From Candidatus Latescibacterota bacterium (GTDB lineage Bacteria > Latescibacterota > UBA2968 > SICM01): a stretch of 64,000 bases of DNA. The stretch spans positions 64,001 to 128,000 of the forward strand of contig CBDCJO010000001.1 of the NCBI GenBank assembly GCA_965217865.1, given 5' to 3'. The notes beneath the pieces are model-generated. The model worked only from the letters and a program-made list of their open reading frames with translations. It ran no database searches and was not told the origin of the DNA. A program made the position numbers and the translations under genes. Each line of letters begins with the position of its first letter. Position 1 is the first letter of the stretch. Below are positions 30,052-39,897 of the stretch, piece by piece.

Positions 30052-31172
30052 AGATCGATTCCCACGTGTATTGTTTTGAGCCTGTGGACAGCAAAGCCGG
30101 ACATCCCAGCATAGAAGAACACATCCGGTGGGTACAGGCGGCGCACGCGGGACATCACCAGCCAGCGTGGCGGATTCTCGATCGGGAGGGTGGTCCGTCC
30201 AGGGTCCTCGCCCCCGAAGGAAAATCCGCCCTTTCCAGCCTTCCCAATCTCCATTTTCGCGTGGATCGTGAGAGAGGCCGGGTGGTCTGGACATACGATG
30301 GTGCGGACTATACGAAACAGTTTTTTCCACCGAACCTGCGAAACCTCGAGTTCACACCCAACAACCTGATCGCAGAAATGGATTACGCGGGCGTGGACCT
30401 GGCCCTTCTCCACACGGATCCAATGGTGGTTCGGGACAGCAGTTTTCTATCGGAATGCGTGAAACGCTATCCCAAGCGCCTTCGAGCCATGGCGCCGGTT
30501 GACGAATGGCGTATCCCTGACGAGCCCGACGCCGTGATTCGGGAGCTCACCAACGCGATCGAGGACCATCGGTTGCACGCCGTCAAGTTCATCCCGCCTC
30601 ACGCGTACCTGGCCGGTCCTGATCCGTGGGATGACGGACCCTATCGGCCATTCTGGGAGGCCGTCGCCTACCTCGATATTCCTGTTTTTTTCACATTGGG
30701 AACAGGTCCCGGTATCGCACCCGCTTTCGACGAACAGCAGGGATATCTTGATGAGCTTCATATCCTGGCACGCTGGATGGAACGTTATCCAGATACCATC
30801 TGTTCCCTCACCCACGGGTTTCCATGGCGCACCTTCCTGGACGGGGACCGGGTAGGGTTGCCTGAGGCCATCTGGGAGCCTTTTCAGAATTCGAACTGTC
30901 ACCTTGAGGTCTGCTTCCCTGTTCGGCTGGGCGATCTCTTCGATTTTCCATACCGTGAGATCTGGTCCACACTCGAAGAGATGGTCGAACGGATCGGAGC
31001 CAGCAAACTCTTGTGGGGTACGGACATGCCGTTCCAAAATCGTTTTTGCACTTACCGGCAGTCTCGGAAATGGATAGAGGAATACTGTGAATTTCTAAGC
31101 TCGGAAGATCTTGCTGAAATAATGGGAGGAACCGCAGCGCGTATACTCGATCTGAATCCATCCCCGGGATAG
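30048..31172 (+). CDS. Amidohydrolase_2 family protein
   Basis: IDSHVY at N-terminus, LLWGTDMP, IMGGTAARI; ATGA overlap with the upstream gene. Confidence 0.85.
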   Translation: MKIDSHVYCFEPVDSKAGHPSIEEHIRWVQAAHAGHHQPAWRILDREGGPSRVLAPEGKSALSSLPNLHFRVDRERGRVVWTYDGADYTKQFFPPNLRNLEFTPNNLIAEMDYAGVDLALLHTDPMVVRDSSFLSECVKRYPKRLRAMAPVDEWRIPDEPDAVIRELTNAIEDHRLHAVKFIPPHAYLAGPDPWDDGPYRPFWEAVAYLDIPVFFTLGTGPGIAPAFDEQQGYLDELHILARWMERYPDTICSLTHGFPWRTFLDGDRVGLPEAIWEPFQNSNCHLEVCFPVRLGDLFDFPYREIWSTLEEMVERIGASKLLWGTDMPFQNRFCTYRQSRKWIEEYCEFLSSEDLAEIMGGTAARILDLNPSPG

Positions 31173-31269
31173 GCGATCGGAACGGAATTTGCAAATCGGC
31201 AACCCAATTTCTTGAAAATAAATCCCAGCAGCAACCAGTATAAGAACCCAACGGAAAGGGGTTCCCCTC

Positions 31270-32454
31270 TTGAAAATCGACCGCGTCGAAGTCATCAACC
31301 TGATTTACGAGTATCCGGAGGCAGACCGATTCCAGTACTCCGCAGGGGAGTGCACCGCCCGCCTGACCTCCCTGGTGCTTGTCCATACCGACGCCGGACA
31401 GGTGGGGATCGGGTCCTGCTATTCCCACCCCGGCCTTGTCTACCTGATCGTCCGGGACCAGCTGGATCCGCTTCTTCGCGGGGAAGATCCTTCCGATGTC
31501 GAGGGTCTCTGGGAGAAGATGTACCTCCTGACAAGATGGTATGGAAGAAAGGGAGCTGCCGTGTCCGCCATCGGAGGCGTGGATACCGCCCTTTGGGATC
31601 TGAGAGGAAAAACACAGGGCAAACCCGTGTGGGCAGTGTTGGGGGGTGATCATAGCACCTGCCCGGCGTACGCCAGCGCCTTGCTCTGGGACAAGATGGA
31701 TCGCCTGGCAGAAGAAGCAGCCTCCTATGTCGAGAACGGGTTTCGTCGGATGAAGATGCGGCTGGGTCAAAACGAATATTATGACAAGGAGGCGGTTCAA
31801 ACCGTGCGAAAGGCGATCGGACCCGATATCGAACTGATGGTGGATGCATCGATGCGATATCACCTGAACCATGCCCGTCGTATGGATGCTTTCTTTGCGG
31901 AACAGAATGTCTTCTGGTTTGAAGAACCATTTGCGCCGGAGGATATCGATTCATACGTAGCCCTTCGCGAAACCTCGGACATTCCCATAGCCGCTGGAGA
32001 GAATGAATTTGGGCATCAGGGTTTTCGAGAGCTTGTCCGAGCGGGTGCCCTTGACATCGTCCAGCCCGACACGAGTCGTTCAGGCGGGATTTCAGAGGTC
32101 CTGAGAATCGCCGGAACGGCCGACGGACACGGCGTGAAGGTCGCGACACACAGCTGGAGCGATGCGATCGCTGTCATCGCCAATGCGCACGTCGTCTCCG
32201 CGATAAAAAACGGGATCGCCGTCGAGGTTGACCAAACCGGGACCCCGTTTATCGAAGACCTGCTGGTCGAACCTTTGCATATCGCCGATGGGAAGCTGGA
32301 ATTAGGGGACGCCCCCGGTTTGGGAATCGAGTTGAATCAAACAGCGATCGATCGGCTGCGAATGTCCGATCCCATCACCGTCCCGGACGGCTCCTACTCG
32401 GACATGATGTTCGGAAAAAATCACTTCCCAACCCCCCAATCCTATACCGGGTAA
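31270..32454 (+). CDS. Mandelate racemase/muconate lactonizing enzyme family protein
   Basis: DTALWDL.GK, KMR, MVDA, WFEEP, GENE, QPD, PGLG. Confidence 0.92.
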   Translation: MKIDRVEVINLIYEYPEADRFQYSAGECTARLTSLVLVHTDAGQVGIGSCYSHPGLVYLIVRDQLDPLLRGEDPSDVEGLWEKMYLLTRWYGRKGAAVSAIGGVDTALWDLRGKTQGKPVWAVLGGDHSTCPAYASALLWDKMDRLAEEAASYVENGFRRMKMRLGQNEYYDKEAVQTVRKAIGPDIELMVDASMRYHLNHARRMDAFFAEQNVFWFEEPFAPEDIDSYVALRETSDIPIAAGENEFGHQGFRELVRAGALDIVQPDTSRSGGISEVLRIAGTADGHGVKVATHSWSDAIAVIANAHVVSAIKNGIAVEVDQTGTPFIEDLLVEPLHIADGKLELGDAPGLGIELNQTAIDRLRMSDPITVPDGSYSDMMFGKNHFPTPQSYTG

Positions 32455-32569
32455 CCGTAACCCGGATCGCCGTCGAGCAGATCTTCAATATTGTTTTGGG
32501 GCTCGACTTTTTTTGCATTTTCCATTTTGCACTTTGCATTTCCATTTCCATTTCCATGGGGAAAGATCG

Positions 32570-33382
32570 ATGAAATACCGATACGGCGAAATGATCTGGT
32601 ATGAAATCAAAAACGCTGCGGAACAGGACAGAGTCGCGGTTCTTCCCGTAGCCACCATTGAGGACCACGGTCCTCATCTCCCGGTTGACACGGATGTCCT
32701 TCTCACCTCGGAAATCTGCGACCGGGCGGTTGGCCGCATTCCTGAAGAGGCGATCCTCGTACCAGTTGTCCCCCACGGATACAGTCCCCACCACATGGAT
32801 TTTCACGGCACGATCACAATCGCTTGGGACACCTTTATCAAATACGTTCAGGATGTCTGCTGCAGCCTCGCCTACCACGGGTTCAAACGAATCCTCGTTG
32901 TAAACGGCCACGGAAGCAACACCTCACCTCTCGACCTCTCTGCCAGACTATCGAACATCGAATACGAAGGAAAGATCCTGTGTGCATCCGTCAACCACTG
33001 GGACCTTCGAAAAGTGAAGGACGTCGGGGGTGCCCTTCGGGAATCGGGGTATGGAGGCACCTCACACGCGGGCGAATATGAAACATCCCTCTACCTCGCG
33101 TTAAAACCCGATCTTGTGAAAATGGATAAGGCCGTGGACGAAAGGTCACCCCTCCCTCCGAGCTTTAAAACGGATCTTCTTTCGGGCACACACCCGGAAG
33201 GGTCCGCAGCCCGTCTGATCCCCTACTGGAGTTCGCAAACCGCCAGCGGGGTGTTGGGGGACGCAACGAAAGCCACAAAGGAAAAAGGTGATAAATTCCT
33301 TGCGGCCGCCACCGTCGGGCTGATTGAATTGATCCGGGAATTGAAGGGAACAGATATTCCACCCAGGCGGGATCAGCATTGA
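32570..33382 (+). CDS. Creatininase family protein
   Basis: EDHGPHLPVDTD, HHMDF.GT, NGHGSN, HAGEYETS; start at ATG 32570. Confidence 0.92.
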   Translation: MKYRYGEMIWYEIKNAAEQDRVAVLPVATIEDHGPHLPVDTDVLLTSEICDRAVGRIPEEAILVPVVPHGYSPHHMDFHGTITIAWDTFIKYVQDVCCSLAYHGFKRILVVNGHGSNTSPLDLSARLSNIEYEGKILCASVNHWDLRKVKDVGGALRESGYGGTSHAGEYETSLYLALKPDLVKMDKAVDERSPLPPSFKTDLLSGTHPEGSAARLIPYWSSQTASGVLGDATKATKEKGDKFLAAATVGLIELIRELKGTDIPPRRDQH

Positions 33383-33533
33383 AAGACCGTGAAACCTGAG
33401 ACGTGAAACGGAAATCTGATGTCAGAGGTCAGATGTCGGATGTCAGGGGATCGTGATTGGGAAAATCAGTGGACGGACATATAAAATTCGGTCAAGTGTC
33501 AGACCTAAGCCCCTGCGCCCACGTGTGACCATT

Positions 33534-33960
33534 GTAGGGGCGAACCTGTTTGTCCGCCCCGGATTGGATGTAAACGAATCACCGGGCGAGGCACCGCCTC
33601 GCCCCTACGGGAAACCGGTTGGCCGACAAAATTGGTGCAGGGACACGGCATGCTGTGCCCCACGAGGAAAATCTGTTTCAGAATATTCTTGACGAAGAAT
33701 TGAGTTCGATCAGGGGTCAAACCTAACCCCTGGCCCCTTCCCTAAAGGGAAGGGGAATTGCAAAATGCAAATTCTAAATTGAAAATTGCAAACACAATGA
33801 TTTGGCGCAGAGACGCCCTTGGTGTGCCCGTCGGATTACTAATCCCCTGACGCCTTGTTTGTCATTCTGAGGGACCGTAGCGACCGAAGAATCTCTGTTT
33901 TCAGCTGGAAGTTACCTTAGGATGGACAAACGAGATTCTTCGCTGGCGCTCAGAATGACA
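33534..33960. repeat. Cluster of REP-like palindromes from three sequence families
   Basis: GTAG-type units 33534-33663; CCCCTTCCC/GGGAAGGGG 33734-33755; TGTCATTCTGAG...CTCAGAATGACA 33860-33960. Confidence 0.75.
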
Positions 33961-34093
33961 CACAATGCTTCTCATTCTGTATTCTGACTTCTGTATTCTG
34001 TATTCTGTATTCTTTTTCTTCCTTTCGATTCTTGCAAAAACCCACAAACCCCTGTATTATTAATCCTGATTTTCCATTTTTTCCAGGAGCCTA

Positions 34094-35224
34094 ATGATGC
34101 CGGAATTGAAGACCGTTTCACGAAACATCCTATTCCCGAAGCTTCGGGACGCCTTCGACTTCGCACAGCGTCAGGTGAGATCGGCTATCGACGCCCACCC
34201 CGGCTACTATCCGATGTACACCGTGGACGGGAAATGGGCTCAGGAAAAGGACCTCTGGACGCACTGGTGTGAAGGATTTTTCCCCAGCCAGATGTGGATG
34301 TTCTACGATCTGACCGGAGATCCGAAGTGGCGGGAATCCGCAGAGCAATATACCGGAAAGCTGGAACCCAGAAAGGAAGACCGGAACGTCCACGATCTCG
34401 GATTTATCTTTCTGAACACCTACGGCCGTTGGTACGGCATAACGAAGGACAAAAAACTTCGTGACGTGCTCGTTCAGGCCGGCCGCACCCTCGCCCTTCG
34501 GTTCAAGGAAAAGGGGGAATATCTCTGTTCCTTTATCGGCCCTGAATCCCTGTTTATCGACATCATGATGAACGTACCCATCATCTTTCGGGCTGCCCTC
34601 GAAACGGGGGACGATCGTTTGATGGCCATTGCCAATCGTCACTGCCTGACCTCCAGGAAGTACATCGTTCGCGGAGACGGTTCCACCTCCCACGAAGGCA
34701 TATTCGATCTGGACACCGGGGAATTTCTTCGTCAGAGCACCCATCAAGGACACCGAAGCGACTCCTGCTGGGTCCGCGGCCTCACCTGGGCCCTGTATGG
34801 ATTCGCCACCTCCTTCCGGCTTTCGGGAGATCCCAGATATCTTGAGACATCGCAAGCTTGTGCAGACTACTATATCTCGCATTGCGGCGAAGGTCTCGTT
34901 CCCCCTTTTGACTTCGATGTCCCGGAAGGGCCCGACCGTATCTGGGACAGCTCCGCAGGAGCCATCGCCGCGTCCGGACTTCTGGAGCTGGCCGACCTCG
35001 TCGCTTCCCCGGACCGGAGTCAATTTTACCGGAATGCTGCGATGACAATATTGGAGAGTCTCACCTCGGAATCGTTTTTGGGCAAATACCACCCAGGTGA
35101 AGAAGGAATCCTCCTCCACGGCGTCTACCACCTGAACAAGGGCCTGGGGGTGGACGAGTCCGTGGCCTGGGGTGACCATTTTTTCGTTGAAGCCGTATAC
35201 AGGGTGTTGAAGGCCGGATTATGA
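34094..35224 (+). CDS. Glycoside hydrolase family 88 (unsaturated glucuronyl hydrolase)
   Basis: WCEGFF, HDLGF, FIDIMMN, STHQG...W.RG..W..YG, DSSAGAI, WGDHFF.EA. Confidence 0.9.
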   Translation: MMPELKTVSRNILFPKLRDAFDFAQRQVRSAIDAHPGYYPMYTVDGKWAQEKDLWTHWCEGFFPSQMWMFYDLTGDPKWRESAEQYTGKLEPRKEDRNVHDLGFIFLNTYGRWYGITKDKKLRDVLVQAGRTLALRFKEKGEYLCSFIGPESLFIDIMMNVPIIFRAALETGDDRLMAIANRHCLTSRKYIVRGDGSTSHEGIFDLDTGEFLRQSTHQGHRSDSCWVRGLTWALYGFATSFRLSGDPRYLETSQACADYYISHCGEGLVPPFDFDVPEGPDRIWDSSAGAIAASGLLELADLVASPDRSQFYRNAAMTILESLTSESFLGKYHPGEEGILLHGVYHLNKGLGVDESVAWGDHFFVEAVYRVLKAGL

Positions 35225-36135
35225 TCCTTACCGTCATACGGAAATTTCCTCCCGTCCGATTCGTCTCCGCCGCTTTGATCATCCTTGTTGGCACCCTGTT
35301 TCATACATCATCAGGCGACGAATTCAAACCCAACGGCCTCGTGGTCCTCCTCACCGATTTCGGAGTTACCGACTTTTATGTCGGTGCGATGAAAGGGGCG
35401 GTGATTCGGACACAACCGGGCGTTCGGATCGAAGAAATAACACACGGCGTTCCCAAATTCGATGTGTCCTCCGGAGCTTATGTCCTGGGCAAAACCGTCC
35501 CAGAGTTTCCCAAAGGGACTGTGTTTCTCTGCGTGGTCGATCCCGGCGTGGGCACGGCCCGGAAGTCTGTGGCAGCCCTGACTCGAGACGGGAATATATT
35601 CGTGGGCCCGGACAACGGCCTGTTCACACGGGTCATCCAACAGGCCGGCCTAGCTGGGGCCTATGAGCTGACCAACGAGAAGCTGATGGGAAGAAAAACG
35701 CTATCCAGCACCTTCCACGGGCGAGACGTTTTCGGTCCCGTTGCCGCCCACCTGGCTGCGGGATTTCCGATCGCGGGCGTTGGGCCGAGACTGGACGGGC
35801 TCGTCCAGTTGAAGCCTGGAGAACCACGCGTGGAAGACGGGAAAGTCATTGGAGAGGTCACGGTCGTGGATGAGTACGGAGATGTATTGACGAACATCCT
35901 GAGGAAGCACCTTGAGAGCAGGGGCATCGAGAAGGGGGACACCCTGAAGATCAAAATCGGGGATAGCGAACTGGTGGCCCCATTCTTGGCGACCTACGGG
36001 GACGTCCCGGTTGGAAGACCCGTTTGCATGATCAGCAGCGGGGAGGTTTTCGAGGCCGCGATGAACCAGAGAAACCTGGGCAAATCGATCGGGGCAAGAC
36101 CAGGTGATCCGGTGATCGTGCAGAAAGCGAAATGA
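35221..36135 (+). CDS. SAM-dependent hydroxide adenosyltransferase/halogenase family (DUF62)
   Basis: LLTDFG..D.YVG.MKG, VVDPGVGT.R, GPDNG, SSTFHGRDVF.P.AA. Confidence 0.92.
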   Translation: MILTVIRKFPPVRFVSAALIILVGTLFHTSSGDEFKPNGLVVLLTDFGVTDFYVGAMKGAVIRTQPGVRIEEITHGVPKFDVSSGAYVLGKTVPEFPKGTVFLCVVDPGVGTARKSVAALTRDGNIFVGPDNGLFTRVIQQAGLAGAYELTNEKLMGRKTLSSTFHGRDVFGPVAAHLAAGFPIAGVGPRLDGLVQLKPGEPRVEDGKVIGEVTVVDEYGDVLTNILRKHLESRGIEKGDTLKIKIGDSELVAPFLATYGDVPVGRPVCMISSGEVFEAAMNQRNLGKSIGARPGDPVIVQKAK

Positions 36136-36185
36136 AGGGACGGGACTTTGCAATTTCCATTTTCCACTTTTCATTTTTCATTTCC

Positions 36186-36842
36186 ATGACAACCGACCTC
36201 ATCCTTATCCGCCACGGCCAGGCCGTCAGGGACGCCGGGCGGGGCCTTGTCGGATGGTGGGCTGATGTTCCGCTCTCCCGGAGAGGGCGTCTCCAGTCCA
36301 TTCTCCTTTCCGAACACCTGAAATCAAAGTTCTCCATCGAGGCCCTTTACGTCAGCCCGTTGACCCGTGCGTGGGAAACGGGAGATATCGTCCATCGGAA
36401 AATCCGGTGCAGGCCGATTCGGGAACCGGGTTTGCGGGAACTGGACGGGGGCGATCTGGTGGGGCTGACCTACGACGAGGCCCGTCGAAAATACTCTGAC
36501 CTGATCGGCCGCCCCCTGGAATTCGACGAACGTTATCCCGGAGGAGAATCCTATGCTTCTTTGCACACCCGTGTGGTAAAGACTATCGATCGGATCGTGG
36601 TCGATCACGCCGGTGATACAGTTGCGGCCATAACCCACGGCGGTCCGATTAACATTTATCTCCGGAATCTCATGGGCCACGGACCCGAAGAACAACAGTT
36701 CAGGTTCGAGTGCGGGGACTGTTCGATTCACCACATCCGGTTTGGGGAGGATGGCGACCGGACTATCTTGACCATCAATAACACCGCCCACCTGAACGCC
36801 ATGCCGAAAAGTCGGAGACGGAAGCCCGATCTTCAAACCTGA
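36186..36842 (+). CDS. Histidine phosphatase family protein
   Basis: LIRHG, SPL.RA.ET, LRE, GES, THGG. Confidence 0.9.
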   Translation: MTTDLILIRHGQAVRDAGRGLVGWWADVPLSRRGRLQSILLSEHLKSKFSIEALYVSPLTRAWETGDIVHRKIRCRPIREPGLRELDGGDLVGLTYDEARRKYSDLIGRPLEFDERYPGGESYASLHTRVVKTIDRIVVDHAGDTVAAITHGGPINIYLRNLMGHGPEEQQFRFECGDCSIHHIRFGEDGDRTILTINNTAHLNAMPKSRRRKPDLQT

Positions 36843-37125
36843 TTTCTGGAAACCAGAATCATTCCGGGGTTCACTTTTTGGCTCTCCTTGGAAGTGGACC
36901 CTGCCTTCGCGATTGACACCCGGGGCTTCAAGCTAATCGAGAAGCGGAGGCTAAAGTCATGACCTTCTTTCAGCGCCAACGGCGCGTTGTCCCTCAACCC
37001 AGGCGAGCTGCCCTGGATCCTTGGAAAGCAATAGCTTGTGCGGCCTGACTGGCCACGATAATTGTTACCTACATCCGCAATCAGGAAAAGCATCACCAAA
37101 AGAGGACGTTTCAGGGATTGATCCG

Positions 37126-37284
37126 GATCGCGGACCGTTGGCCCGCTCGATTCGGCCACATCCAAACCCAGCCCGTTGGGCTGGGCCAAGAAATCACGGG
37201 CCCTTGGCCCGTTGATGCGCTCACATTCAAGCCCAGCGCATTGGACTGGGCAAAAGAATCACGGTCCATTGGCCCGCTGATGCG
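37126..37284. repeat. About 2.5 tandem copies of a ~65-nt palindromic unit
   Basis: CCCAGCCCGTTGGGCTGGG...ATCACGGGCCCTTGGCCCGTTGATGCG (37167-37219) repeated with substitutions at 37232-37284. Confidence 0.7.
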
Positions 37285-37360
37285 TCGCTTCACTGAACCT
37301 CGCTTTCCACCAAAACCAGGAAGATCGCACTTTTCCAATTTGCACTTCCTTTATTCCCAA

Positions 37361-38731
37361 ATGTCTCCCGAGTCCGATCGCCTTCACAGCCTCGACCAGA
37401 TGCGCATCCGCGGCATCGATCCCTACCCCGGACGGTGCGACCGCACCCACCGGATTGCAGACCTCAAAGATGGAGAATCCGCGACAATCTCAGGAAAATT
37501 GAGCGCCTCGGCTGATGGAGGGCAAACCCTGCTCGATGAAAGCGGAACAATTGCTCTTTCCTTAGACCCCGATCGCGATAATCACTCGGTACAGCCATAC
37601 GTGGAATCGGGGGACTGGATCGAGGCGAAGGGGTTCCTCAGGGGAGGCCTATTTCGAGCCTCGGTCTGTCGGATCCTTGCCAAATCCATCGGGCCTGCTG
37701 TGGACTTCGACAGATTTTCGGCCGGGCATAATCGACTTCGGGACATCCTGAGATTAAGGGCCTTGACCCTGACCGCGGTTCGACGCTATTTCGAGGGGGA
37801 GGGATTTCTGGAAGTCGAAACCCCCCTCCTCGTGAGCACATCCGGCCAGGAACCCCATCTCATCCCGTTTAAATCCGAATACCTGGACAATCAGCATAGG
37901 GGAGCGAGGTATCTCGCGACCTCTCCCGAATATGCGATGAAGCGACTCCTCGCTTCCGGATTTGAACGGATCTACCAGATTTGTAAGTCCTTTCGAAACG
38001 GTGAGGACGAACAGGGTCCCACGCACAACCCGGAGTTTACGATCCTGGAATGGTACAGGGCCTTTGCTTCATACGAAGACATCATGATCGATGTCGAACG
38101 GTTGGTCGCCCAAGTCGCTCAGGATGTCCTCGGCAAGACCCGGATCGAATTCGGAAGCCGGTCCGTCGATCTCACGCCCCCCTGGGAGCGCATCACCGTT
38201 CGGGACGCGGTTCTGAAATACGCTGGGATCGATATCTTCGATCACAGGGAAGCACATTCCCTTGCCGCCTGCGCAACGGACCGGGGGTTTGCGACGGTTG
38301 CACTCGGCGACTCCTGGGATGTCGCTTTTTTCAAAGTCTTCCTGGAAGCCGTTGAACCGAATCTGGGTCAGGAGAAACCGGTTATCCTGACCGACTATCC
38401 CGCCTCTATGTCCGCCTTGTCGAAAATGAAGACATCTTCACCCGATATCTCCGAGCGATTCGAGATCTACATCGCGGGCGTAGAGGTGGCCAACGCCTTC
38501 ACAGAACTGAATGACCCCCGCGAACAGCGTGCCCGTTTTCACTCAGAACAGGAACAGCGTAGAAGTGACGGAGGAACGCCTCCACCGATCGACGATCGCT
38601 TTCTCGGTGCGATGGAAAGCGGCATCCCTCCCGCCGGGGGCATCGCCCTTGGGGTTGACAGGCTCGTCATGCTCCTCGCGAACGTCGACTGCATCCAAGA
38701 CGTCATCGCCTTCCCGTTCGACGAAATTTGA
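37361..38731 (+). CDS. epmA: EF-P lysine aminoacylase (EpmA/GenX) with LysRS-like N-terminal extension
   Basis: EVETP, EPHL, TSPEYAMKRLL, FRNGE, HNPEFT.LEWYR, GIALGVDRL.M. Confidence 0.8.
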   Translation: MSPESDRLHSLDQMRIRGIDPYPGRCDRTHRIADLKDGESATISGKLSASADGGQTLLDESGTIALSLDPDRDNHSVQPYVESGDWIEAKGFLRGGLFRASVCRILAKSIGPAVDFDRFSAGHNRLRDILRLRALTLTAVRRYFEGEGFLEVETPLLVSTSGQEPHLIPFKSEYLDNQHRGARYLATSPEYAMKRLLASGFERIYQICKSFRNGEDEQGPTHNPEFTILEWYRAFASYEDIMIDVERLVAQVAQDVLGKTRIEFGSRSVDLTPPWERITVRDAVLKYAGIDIFDHREAHSLAACATDRGFATVALGDSWDVAFFKVFLEAVEPNLGQEKPVILTDYPASMSALSKMKTSSPDISERFEIYIAGVEVANAFTELNDPREQRARFHSEQEQRRSDGGTPPPIDDRFLGAMESGIPPAGGIALGVDRLVMLLANVDCIQDVIAFPFDEI

Positions 38732-38793
38732 ATCGTGTGCCCCGTTAACAATTTGACTCGTGAAGCCCGACGCGCGGCTTTTGTATCCTGCTT

Positions 38794-39897
38794 ATGAGCG
38801 AAACTACCGTTCTCCCCATCCGGGTGCGCGATACCCGCGTCGACCTCAAGGGCATGCTTCCTGCCGAATTGGAGGCGTTCATCTCCTCGATGGGAAAGGA
38901 GCGATACCGGACCAAGCAGCTCCTTGCCTGGATCTACGATCGGGGAGTCACCTCATTCGAGGAGATGACGAACCTCTCCCTGGAGTTCCGCGAACAGCTC
39001 TCGAAGTGCGCCCATGTCTCGGAGCTCTCAGAGACGGAACGGATCCGGTCCTCGGACCACAAGGCCCTCAAAATCCTCTTCACCCTTTCCGACGGTCTGC
39101 GAATCGAAAGCGTCCTCATGTTTGAGAAGGGTCGCCGAACCCTTTGCGTCTCCTCACAGGTGGGATGCCCCCTCGACTGCACATTCTGCGCCACCGGCAA
39201 GATGGGGTTCGTCCGGAACCTGACAACCGGCGAGATTGTCGACCAGGTGATCGCTGCGAGGCGGGAGCTTGCTTCACGGGATGAAGATCTGACGAATATC
39301 GTCTTGATGGGAATGGGGGAACCGCTCCTGAATTACGAACCGGTCGTCCGGGCCGTCCGGCTCGTGGGTCTGGAAATCGGCCCGTGCATCTCGGCGCGGA
39401 AGATCACCCTCTCCACAGCAGGTCACGTCCCGGGCATTCTCCGACTGGCCGATGAAGGTTTGAAAATCGGTCTTGCCGTGTCCCTCAACGCCACCACGGA
39501 TGCAACGCGCACCCGAATCATGCCAATCAACGGGAAATGGCCCATATCCTCCCTGATTGACGCCGCGCTCGAATACTATCGAAGAGTTCAGCGCCGCATT
39601 ACATTTGAATACGTCCTCCTTGCCGGCGAAAACGATACCGATATCGACGCAAAACGGCTGATTGCGCTGGTACACCGGGTCCCGTGCAAAATTAACCTCA
39701 TTCCGTGGAATCCAATCTCCCCGTGCGATCCTGATTACCGACGCCCGACGCAGAACCGCATCGAAACCTTCGCAGACCACCTTCGAGCAGCCAATCTGAC
39801 CGTCAATATCCGTTACAGCAAGGGAGATGACATCGCGGCCGCCTGCGGGCAACTCATCACGGAAAACATGAATACAGAAAAACAGAATCCAGAATGA
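38794..39897 (+). CDS. rlmN: 23S rRNA A2503 C2-methyltransferase
   Basis: CVSSQVGCPLDCTFC, MGMGEP, FEY, DIAAACGQL. Confidence 0.96.
   Translation: MSETTVLPIRVRDTRVDLKGMLPAELEAFISSMGKERYRTKQLLAWIYDRGVTSFEEMTNLSLEFREQLSKCAHVSELSETERIRSSDHKALKILFTLSDGLRIESVLMFEKGRRTLCVSSQVGCPLDCTFCATGKMGFVRNLTTGEIVDQVIAARRELASRDEDLTNIVLMGMGEPLLNYEPVVRAVRLVGLEIGPCISARKITLSTAGHVPGILRLADEGLKIGLAVSLNATTDATRTRIMPINGKWPISSLIDAALEYYRRVQRRITFEYVLLAGENDTDIDAKRLIALVHRVPCKINLIPWNPISPCDPDYRRPTQNRIETFADHLRAANLTVNIRYSKGDDIAAACGQLITENMNTEKQNPE

Noticed and set aside
30808-32149. Long antisense ORFs here and at 13644..14609, 34130..35179, 41267..42193, 45824..46717, 50576..51676
   Set aside because: They mirror well-supported genes on the other strand, have no motifs, and are expected at this GC content
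32570-33382. Mycofactocin cluster suggested by an MftE-like creatininase
   Set aside because: No precursor peptide, MftB or MftC genes nearby
37118-37360. 81-aa N-terminal extension of the EpmA-like ORF
   Set aside because: Translates palindromic repeat DNA; LysRS-like similarity starts at ATG 37361
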